Part shown: positions 57,324 through 64,000 of the stretch, in pieces
Numbering within the stretch: the stretch's first letter is position 1
Layout: every line of letters starts with the position of its first letter
Source of the DNA: Pedobacter sp.
GTDB taxonomy: Bacteria > Desulfobacterota > Desulfuromonadia > Desulfuromonadales > Syntrophotaleaceae
Direction: 5' to 3'
Assembly: GCA_050253415.1 (NCBI GenBank)
Contig: JBFWJC010000007.1
Span: forward strand, 67,879 to 131,878
Length of the DNA: 64,000 nucleotides
Position numbers and translations under genes: made by a program
The notes under the pieces: model-generated
Seen by the model: only the letters and a program-made list of their open reading frames with translations
The model's database searches: none
What the model was told of the DNA's origin: nothing

Positions 57324-59537
57324 ATGGGCACTATCCTCGATTTACAGAGCGAGACAATCAAAGGGTTTGCATGCAGGCCTGACATTGGCCGCCTTTATGT
57401 TTTTAGCGCCAACGGCCTCGACGTCTACCGGACCAGCGACATGCAGCGCGTCGCCTGGGCCGGAATTAATAACGTCACCTGCGGGACTGTCAACGATGCA
57501 GGCATCTACGTCGGCACAGATGACGCAGGTATGTATCATCTTCCGCTTACGATTAAAGACTGCGCCAATGCCGATATGACGCCGATGTTTTGGCCAGGTG
57601 CGGCAGTAGTGTTGACAAGCTACAACATTTTGGCCATATCAGGCTGCGGATCCGCTCTGGCGATCGTCACCGATTCGGAGTTTAAATATTTGCCGACCAT
57701 AGGCTCGGCATACACGTACGCCGGATCACAAACTCCGGAATTATGCGCGATTAACGGTAACTATCTGGCATGGGCGGATGCCAACACGATAAGCCTATCC
57801 GTCCTGCCAACAGCTGACTGGAGCGCTGCTGCGACCTCCATCACCGATGTAGCCAACCACCTGACATTTGAGGCAGGCACCGACAACTTGCTGATCAGCC
57901 ACACGGAGGGGTTGATGGTCCTCGACTGCACCAACCCTGGCGGCTCCGTTGCGCCAACAACAGGCATGATTAGCCACTACTCTATGGACAACATCACGGG
58001 GTCCACGTTAACCGACGACGCTGGCACACAGGATGGGACAATAACCGGAGCGACGCAGGTTGCCGGTCACATCGGTCAGGCGTTGCAGTTTGCCGGCGGC
58101 GGTGACCACGTATCTGTCGCGCAAAACAGTGCCCACGAATTCGGCAGCGCGACAGATTTTAGTTATGCCTTGTGGTTTAAAACAAGCCAGTCTACCAGGG
58201 GTGACATCCTTGAAAACGGCTACAACGGAAATACCGGTAAATGGTCCGGTCTGTACGTGTATAACGGTATTTTTGCCGGGTGTATTGACGACGGGACAAG
58301 CGCGGTCTTTGCTTCCGGGGCCACCAACGCCTGGACGATAAACGACGACGAATGGCACCTCGGGGTCGTGAACTTCGACCGCGACGGGAATCTGCAGCGA
58401 TATATCGACGCCGAGGCTTATGGCGATCCATACGATATTAGTTCGGTTGGGGACATAACAAACACTGAATACGGGATGCTGATCGGCATGAGGACAGGCA
58501 CAACAGACTATTTCGTCGGGCAGATGGACGAAATCCGGATTTACAGTGGATTGTTGACCGTCGAAGAAATCCAAGACATGTACCTCGAGGGTGTCGGCGG
58601 AGGCATCGAGTACGCGGCATCCCTCGGCACCGTCACAAATTGCCAGGCGGCCTGGAAAGAAGGAGAGTACATTGCGTACGGTACAAGCAATGGCGCCGAT
58701 GGCGGCCGTTTTGGGCTTTTGCTGCTCGATAATGATCTCGTCGCCGCCAGCAAGACGACCATCGCCGATACCGATACCGATGCTGTATGGTTATCCGCAG
58801 GGGCAACCGATGCCATCCACAATAACACCCTCGAACGATATAGGCTGGTGGCGGAGGTAAGCCCCGGAGTCAACGCCATCAACGTGCGGCGCGATTGGGC
58901 CTTATACGCAGAGATCACCGACAGCCTCGGCGGCATCCAGGCCGGCACGGTTGTGCTCACGATCAATGGCCAGACCGTCAGCCCGACGGTCAGCGCCATC
59001 ACCGACGGCTACGCGGCAGCCTATACCCCAGGCAGCAGCAGCGGCTACGCACAGCGCATCACCGTCAAGCTATCCGGTACCGATGCCGACGGCAACACGG
59101 TCAGTAAAATCTGGTCATTTGTGACTGCCGCCGCGCCGACAGCCACAGTCACCGACACCACTCCGCCCAACGTGGTCTGTACCCGCGATATACGTTTGGG
59201 CGAGGGCGAAGCCGATGAAGTTGTTGATGGTGTGAACGTAGTATGGCAGGCAGATATCAGCTCGCCGTTGATCGTCGAGCAGGTGCAGGCGGAACGTGTA
59301 GGCAAGGTCGAAATTGATGGCACGACCTATAACGAGTGGCGTCTATCAGCAACCATCCTTCCAACCGATGCTGCCGGATTCCCAACCCGCGACATTCAAC
59401 AAGGCGAGACTGTCGCCATGACCGTGCCGTCGCTAGGCATGGCCGCGCAACCCTGCGAGGTGTTGGCAAAGCAACGTATCGTTCGTGGCGGCCTGACCAG
59501 GTACCGGATGTCCCTGGGCCATTACGAGCAGGTGTAA
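57324..59537 (+). CDS. Tail fibre/receptor-binding protein with LamG-like domain
   Basis: GQALQF.G, FS.ALWFKT, D.EWH, YID, F.GQMDEIRIY...LT.EEI. Confidence 0.75.
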   Translation: MGTILDLQSETIKGFACRPDIGRLYVFSANGLDVYRTSDMQRVAWAGINNVTCGTVNDAGIYVGTDDAGMYHLPLTIKDCANADMTPMFWPGAAVVLTSYNILAISGCGSALAIVTDSEFKYLPTIGSAYTYAGSQTPELCAINGNYLAWADANTISLSVLPTADWSAAATSITDVANHLTFEAGTDNLLISHTEGLMVLDCTNPGGSVAPTTGMISHYSMDNITGSTLTDDAGTQDGTITGATQVAGHIGQALQFAGGGDHVSVAQNSAHEFGSATDFSYALWFKTSQSTRGDILENGYNGNTGKWSGLYVYNGIFAGCIDDGTSAVFASGATNAWTINDDEWHLGVVNFDRDGNLQRYIDAEAYGDPYDISSVGDITNTEYGMLIGMRTGTTDYFVGQMDEIRIYSGLLTVEEIQDMYLEGVGGGIEYAASLGTVTNCQAAWKEGEYIAYGTSNGADGGRFGLLLLDNDLVAASKTTIADTDTDAVWLSAGATDAIHNNTLERYRLVAEVSPGVNAINVRRDWALYAEITDSLGGIQAGTVVLTINGQTVSPTVSAITDGYAAAYTPGSSSGYAQRITVKLSGTDADGNTVSKIWSFVTAAAPTATVTDTTPPNVVCTRDIRLGEGEADEVVDGVNVVWQADISSPLIVEQVQAERVGKVEIDGTTYNEWRLSATILPTDAAGFPTRDIQQGETVAMTVPSLGMAAQPCEVLAKQRIVRGGLTRYRMSLGHYEQV

Positions 59538-59540
59538 AAG

Positions 59541-59789
59541 ATGAGTTTAAGGGAAATTAAACGGGAGTTGGCGATCGACCAGGCCAACATTATGATCGGT
59601 AGGGTGATCTCCGTATCACAAGGCATTGCCATGGTACGTTTGGCCGATGGCAGGGTGGTCCGTGCCGGTGGTGGAAACAGCTATGGCGCTGGTGATCGGG
59701 TACAGTTACAGACTGACGGCAGCAGCTACACCGTGTCCGGCAGAGCGCCACTGGCGGCTACGGATGGAGAGATTATCGTGCATGTTTAA
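59541..59789 (+). CDS. Small OB-fold-like tail protein
   Basis: G.V.SV..G.A.V.L.DG.V.RA.G...GDRV. Confidence 0.55.
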   Translation: MSLREIKRELAIDQANIMIGRVISVSQGIAMVRLADGRVVRAGGGNSYGAGDRVQLQTDGSSYTVSGRAPLAATDGEIIVHV

Positions 59790-60304
59790 TACTCGATAAA
59801 TTGGAGATCGTCGATATGCCATTCACCGGCATCATCAATCGAAAGATCACAATAAAACCGGGATCGAATCAACGCACCAAAGCTGTTTTGGGAATCAACG
59901 TGTGATCCAATCCGGAATTTTTTATTGGAGAGTTGTTGGGTGAAATCAGGCTGAAGGGGAAATTCAGCTGTTGCTGGGGACTTCAGGCTGGCTTTTACGA
60001 AGTTCTGACTGATGATATAGGCCATCGCGGTTGAAGGGTGGATCTTCTTGTTTTCGGCTGGGCTCCCATCGATGCGGTTCATAGCGGTCGTGGAGTAGAT
60101 CTGGGCCGCGACTATCCCGATAATGCAGATGGCGAGGACGGTTACCCGGTGTTTTTGCCAAAGCCCCTTCTTGGCAGGAGCCGGGACAACTCCAGGGTGG
60201 CTTTCATCGGTAAGTTGTACATTTGGACTTGCATGACAAAAAGGACAATCAGGCATTTTGTCTGAGTGATTCTTGCCACATGCCGAACACTTGATAATAG
60301 CCAT
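59786..60304 (-). CDS. Zinc-ribbon membrane protein (moron)
   Basis: CSACGK..SD....CPFC, TM segment, VK..LKSP.TA.F, VDSQNSFGA.IR. RBS AGGAGG. Confidence 0.75.
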   Translation of the reverse strand: MAIIKCSACGKNHSDKMPDCPFCHASPNVQLTDESHPGVVPAPAKKGLWQKHRVTVLAICIIGIVAAQIYSTTAMNRIDGSPAENKKIHPSTAMAYIISQNFVKASLKSPATAEFPLQPDFTQQLSNKKFRIGSHVDSQNSFGALIRSRFYCDLSIDDAGEWHIDDLQFIEY

Positions 60305-60360
60305 ATACGCCTCCTACTAGAGTCGTTTTGCTACTGAATCGAAGTTGGAAAAAGAAAACA

Positions 60361-60510
60361 GGGGAGCGACAAATCGACGCTGGAACGTCGATCCGCCCCC
60401 ACCACACAGTGCTGAGGACTGTGAGCCAGGCAAGGCTCCCCCACCGCGACGTCACGGCTGCAGGAGCCTACCATAAATTAACAAACACCCACAAGGGTAA
60501 ACGGAGGCTC
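60361..60510 (+). ncRNA. Structured 5' leader of the methyltransferase gene
   Basis: Hairpins ATCGACG/CGTCGAT, CACAGT/ACTGTG and GAGCC/GGCTC. Alternative pairings reach the RBS. Confidence 0.6.
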
Positions 60511-61323
60511 ATGATGTCCAGTAAACCAATTATTCCCTGGATCGGCGGCAAGCGGAAACTTGCCGATCATATTCTGCCAATTTTTCCGAACCATAAGTGC
60601 TATGTCGAGCCGTTCTGCGGAGCGGCGGCATTGTTCTTTCTCAAACAGCCATCAGAGGTCGAGGTCATCAACGATGTACACGGTGACCTGGTCAACTTGT
60701 ATAGGGTTGTAAAGCATCATTTAGAGGAGCTTTACAAACAATTCAAATGGGCCTTAACCAGTCGCCAGAATTGGGAGTGGCTGCAAGTAACACCGCCCCA
60801 AACCCTGACCGACGTGCAGCGCGCGGCGCGCTTTCTATATCTGCAAAAGCTCGCCTTTGGCGGCAAGGTTGATGGGCAATCCTTCGGCACCGCCACCACC
60901 AGCCGGCCAAGGTTTAATATATTCACCCTGGAGCAGGATCTGGCGGACGCCCATTTCAGGCTGGCCAATACCACCATCGAGCACCTGGACTGGCAAGAGG
61001 TGATCCTCAAATATGACAGGCCGCATACACTCTTCTATTGCGATCCACCCTACTGGCAAACCGAAGGCTACGGCGTGACGTTCGGATGGGAGCAATACGA
61101 AGCGATGGCCAATCTGGCCAGCACAATAAAAGGCCAAATGATCATCTCCATCAACGATCACCCGGATATTAGGGGGCTGTTCAAGGATCTGCCAGTTGTC
61201 GAAGTTGATTACCAATACACGGTCGGCGGCGGAGCAAAACAGAGCGATTGCGTCGAGCTGATCTACGGCACGTGGCCAGGTGGGATACCAAAGTCAAAAG
61301 GGGTGCAGGAATCCTTGTTTTAA
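60511..61323 (+). CDS. D12-class N6-adenine DNA methyltransferase (Dam-like)
   Basis: PW.GGKR.LA, YVEPFCG, EVIND, YCDPPY, ISINDHP. RBS GGAGG. Confidence 0.93.
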   Translation: MMSSKPIIPWIGGKRKLADHILPIFPNHKCYVEPFCGAAALFFLKQPSEVEVINDVHGDLVNLYRVVKHHLEELYKQFKWALTSRQNWEWLQVTPPQTLTDVQRAARFLYLQKLAFGGKVDGQSFGTATTSRPRFNIFTLEQDLADAHFRLANTTIEHLDWQEVILKYDRPHTLFYCDPPYWQTEGYGVTFGWEQYEAMANLASTIKGQMIISINDHPDIRGLFKDLPVVEVDYQYTVGGGAKQSDCVELIYGTWPGGIPKSKGVQESLF

Positions 61324-61393
61324 TTGGTTGAGCATTCTGTGCTTTAATGCTATGAAAATATTTTTATCCTATTTGTGCGCTGGAGGCATGGTC

Positions 61394-61774
61394 ATGAATT
61401 TAATCAATTTCATAATTCCGAACATGAAAACTCTGTTGAACAGTGGGGGGTTGTCGTTAGATATCATCGGGGCAGTTCTCATTTTTAAATTTGGCTTGCC
61501 AGAGCCGATAGGTAGGGATGGATACACCTACTTTATGGTCAGAACAGAAGATGATCAGGAGGAAAAACAATCCAAGACATACGACTTTTTGGCCAAGGCA
61601 GGTATATGGTTTTTGATCCTTGGTTTTGCCTTTCAATTGTTAAGTAATTATGTTCCCCAAGGGATACCTAGCCAGGGCAAAATCGAGGAAAGAAAAACCG
61701 TCATACAGGAGGGTAAACCGAACATGAAATCAGTTGAAGAAGTTCAACTGAAGGTGGTGCCAAAGAAACCGTAA
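61394..61774 (+). CDS. Membrane protein (right-end moron)
   Basis: GL.LDIIGAVL and G...LILGF.FQL TM segments. Its 3' end overlaps the right-end sites. Confidence 0.6.
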   Translation: MNLINFIIPNMKTLLNSGGLSLDIIGAVLIFKFGLPEPIGRDGYTYFMVRTEDDQEEKQSKTYDFLAKAGIWFLILGFAFQLLSNYVPQGIPSQGKIEERKTVIQEGKPNMKSVEEVQLKVVPKKP

Positions 61775-61803
61775 AACGGTGCCAAATCGCGCGGCGCGTT
61801 ACA
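61756..61803 (-). repeat. attR: two GGTGCCAAA sites 22 bp apart and the terminal CA
   Basis: GGTGCCAAAG (61756-61765), GGTGCCAAAT (61778-61787), ...TTACA followed by AAATA. Confidence 0.8.
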
Positions 61804-61854
61804 AAATAAGGTTAAAATATTTATGTTACGTGCTTATAGCGTACTTAAGAAATG

Positions 61855-61886
61855 AAAAGGGGCTAGGTCTACCGACCTAACCCCTT
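61855..61886 (-). terminator. tRNA terminator hairpin
   Basis: AAAAGGGGCTAGGTC-TACC-GACCTAACCCCTT. Confidence 0.7.
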
Positions 61887-61894
61887 GAATTTAA

Positions 61895-61969
61895 TGGTGG
61901 GCGTTGTAGGGATTGAACCTACGACCCCTGCCGTGTGAAGGCAGTGCTCTCCCGCTGAGCTAAACGCCC
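61895..61969 (-). tRNA. tRNA-Val (anticodon CAC)
   Basis: GGGCGTTTAGCTCAGCGGGAGAGCACTGCCTTCACACGGCAGGGGTCGTAGGTTCAATCCCTACAACGCCCACCA folds as a cloverleaf. Confidence 0.97.
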
Positions 61970-62066
61970 AATATGTGCGAATTTATATCAATTGAATTTG
62001 GACAAGTCAATAATTTTCCCCTTTATTTGCCCGATGGAAGCACTGATTAGGTGCGCAAAAATACTT

Positions 62067-62471
62067 TTATGAACACGGCTCCAAAAGCTTTTCCAGCACC
62101 GGTTTCGGCAAGGACACCGGGCGCCTGTCTGCCCCCAACACAAGATGACGGGTTCGACCTTCAGCGAGCAGGGTCCCCTCTGCATTGAGAATCCGGTAGA
62201 CGAACTCAAGCAACCTGCCGCGGGCCTTAACCAAACGCGTTTCAATGGAAATGCGATCTTCATAAAACGCGGGAGAACGATAAGTAACTGCCACCTCAGT
62301 AACAACTACGAAAAAACCATCCTTCTCCAAATCACTATAGGGAAGCCCCTGCTGTCGCAGAAAATCGGATCTCGCTTCCTCAAACCAGACAAGATAATTG
62401 GAGTGATGCACAACACCCTGCGCATCGGTTTCCGCATAGCGAACGATCAGATTTGTAGTCTTTGTTACCAT
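62067..62471 (-). CDS. YbgC/4HBT family acyl-CoA thioesterase
   Basis: VRYAETDAQGVVHHSNYLVWFEEAR, Y..PA.YED. Confidence 0.9.
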   Translation of the reverse strand: MVTKTTNLIVRYAETDAQGVVHHSNYLVWFEEARSDFLRQQGLPYSDLEKDGFFVVVTEVAVTYRSPAFYEDRISIETRLVKARGRLLEFVYRILNAEGTLLAEGRTRHLVLGADRRPVSLPKPVLEKLLEPCS

Positions 62472-62557
62472 ATTCGCTCCCTGAATGACCATCTTTCCAA
62501 GGCATGCCTACGTGCCATTTGCTATTGCCGTCAAAAACCCTTAAAAATCTGAATAGT

Positions 62558-62988
62558 ACGCGGATAACATCTGATGCGCACGGATCTTCACGGATTAAAC
62601 CCAAGATCGATGCCCATGGTTTAAATCCGATTGTTATCCTGCCGTTTCCGCGTCATCCGCGTTCTATGGTCTTTGAGAGCTTAAATCTGAAAACCCTTCG
62701 ATCAGCCGCAGATTCACACAGATTGTCGCAGATAAAGTCCAGGTGAAACCTTTTGTTTATACAGTTTTTATCCGAAGTTATCTGCGTTTGTCTGCGGCTG
62801 AAAAAGCCTGTAGGGTTCGTATCAGGATATCAAAACCCTCACTAGGACGCGGATCACACCTGATGCGCACGGATCTTCACGGATTAAACCCAAGATCGAT
62901 GCCCATGGTTTAAATCCGATTGTTATCCTGCCGTTTCCGCGTCATCCGCGTTCTATGGTCTTTGAGAGCTTAAATCTAAAAACCCTTC
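62558..62988. repeat. Two 142-bp direct repeats, each a long imperfect palindrome, around a third palindromic unit
   Basis: 62558-62699 vs 62847-62988 differ at 3 positions. ACGCGGAT...ATCCGCGT arms. TCAGCCGCAGA...TCTGCGGCTGA at 62702-62801. Confidence 0.85.
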
Positions 62989-63113
62989 CATTATCCGCAG
63001 GTTCACGTAGACAAATGCCAACGCAACCCCTAAATTTATCAGGGTTTTAAGTTCAGGGGTTTTCGAATGACAACCAAGGACGAATAACAAGATACAAATG
63101 ACGGTTTAACAAC

Positions 63114-63788
63114 CTACTCCTTATACCGCTCCGCCAAATCGAGAAGACCCTGAAAATTCAAAATCTCAATCGTCCTCCCCCGCACAGTGATAAGGTTATC
63201 GTCGGACATCTTGCGCAAGGTGCGTGACAGCGTTTCTCCAGCCGTATTCAGGTTGGCTGCCAACTGCGCCTTGGAGACAGGTAAGTGTACATGCCGTTGT
63301 TTCATATCCGACAGATCCAACAAATACCGAGCCAGGCGCGAAGGCACATCCTTAAAGGTCAAAGACTCCATATGGTCCATCATTTCCCGCAGTATCCGCG
63401 AAAGACCACCGACCATATTAATAGCAAGTTGGGCATTGCAATGTAACAGATCGAGGACCGCCTGTTTGGGAAAAAACAACAACACGGTAGGCTCGATGGC
63501 CTGAGCATAGGCAGGAAATACACCAACATCAAAAATTGCTGCTTCAGCAAATGTACGGCCGGGATGCGCAATACGCAAGACACGCTCGCGCCCCTCGGGA
63601 GACAACTTATATATCTTAACCTTCCCTTCAAGAGGGATAAAAAACCCGGTGGCTACCTCGCCTTCCGAAAACACCATCTGATCCTTGGCATATATTTGCT
63701 GGCGGGCAATGCGCGTCAAGTCATCAAGATCACTATCGGTTACCCCGACAAACAACGGGCAACTTTTTATGGCTTCACGCTCATTCAT
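63114..63788 (-). CDS. Crp/Fnr family transcriptional regulator
   Basis: F.EGE, G.VKIYK.S.EGRE, F.EAA.F, RLARYLL, LA..L.T..ETLSR.L. Confidence 0.93.
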   Translation of the reverse strand: MNEREAIKSCPLFVGVTDSDLDDLTRIARQQIYAKDQMVFSEGEVATGFFIPLEGKVKIYKLSPEGRERVLRIAHPGRTFAEAAIFDVGVFPAYAQAIEPTVLLFFPKQAVLDLLHCNAQLAINMVGGLSRILREMMDHMESLTFKDVPSRLARYLLDLSDMKQRHVHLPVSKAQLAANLNTAGETLSRTLRKMSDDNLITVRGRTIEILNFQGLLDLAERYKE

Positions 63789-63873
63789 TCCGGTTTCCTT
63801 TTGAGGCCGCGACTGGTTGAAAGGCAGTGATTGGCTGTAAGCTGTGATTGGTGATTAGTAATTAGATGACTGT

Positions 63874-64000
63874 TTGTCACTTGTCACTTGTCACTTGTCA
63901 CTTGTCACTTGTCACTTGTCACTTGTCACTTGTCACTTGTCACTTGTCACTTGTCACTTGTCACTTGTCACTTGTCACTTGTCACTTGTCACTTGTCACT
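63874..64000. repeat. Heptamer tandem repeat (TTGTCAC)n, at least 18 units, truncated by the window edge
   Basis: Perfect array, preceded by GTGATTGGTGATTAG. Confidence 0.95.

Larger units (their letters stand above)
22389..61803. mobile_element. Transposable (Mu-like) prophage, 39,415 bp, probably with a non-contractile tail
   Basis: AAATA duplication at 22384-22388 and 61804-61808. Ends TGTGAACCACCGACTGGTATGGCAC and (reverse complement) TGTAACGCGCCGCGCGATTTGGCAC match at 16/25. Carries c, ner, A, B, gemA, lysis, terminase, portal, capsid and tail genes. Confidence 0.95.

Noticed and set aside
53694..60304. Diversity-generating retroelement or invertible G segment
   Set aside because: No reverse transcriptase, no template/variable repeat pair, no invertase and no flanking inverted repeats were seen.
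60328..60510. N-terminal extension of the methyltransferase, or a com gene
   Set aside because: The RBS and family motifs point to ATG 60511/60514. No CxxC Com-like ORF on this strand. The region is better explained as structured RNA.
61895..61969. tRNA-Val as attB of an integrase-type prophage
   Set aside because: No integrase and no duplicated tRNA 3' end. The ends and 5-bp duplication show transposition.

Overview
The window looks like the chromosome of a Desulfuromonadales-type deltaproteobacterium (inferred from gene content). Positions 1-5.7 kb hold an ArsR-led organoarsenical-type operon (arsR, CMD/AhpD-like, CCG Fe-S protein, ArsP-like permease, ArsE/F/G-like). Positions 6-21 kb are housekeeping genes (pfkA, glucokinase, exbBD, HIT, thrC, sigma54-driven glnB-glnA, ALDH, lpxA). 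Positions 22389-61803 are an apparently complete 39.4-kb transposable (Mu-like) prophage with TG...CA ends, a 5-bp AAATA target duplication and no tail sheath. It sits just downstream of tRNA-Val(CAC), which is followed by a thioesterase, palindromic repeats, a Crp/Fnr gene and a heptamer array. The most striking features are RNA-level elements in the prophage that the ORF track misses. (1) Two type II hammerhead ribozymes bracket the 6-kb MuA/MuB transposition block. (2) A self-contained promoter-XRE-ImmA/IrrE-structured RNA-43-aa basic peptide-terminator cassette. (3) A switch-like RNA leader that can sequester the RBS of the adenine methyltransferase. (4) A shared G-YTGSMR-C hairpin loop in front of three genes. 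Also notable are a holin-lipoprotein fusion, a portal-gpF fusion, a -1 frameshift tail chaperone and a REP doublet inside a phage gene. Protein names come from motif recognition only; no database search was run.
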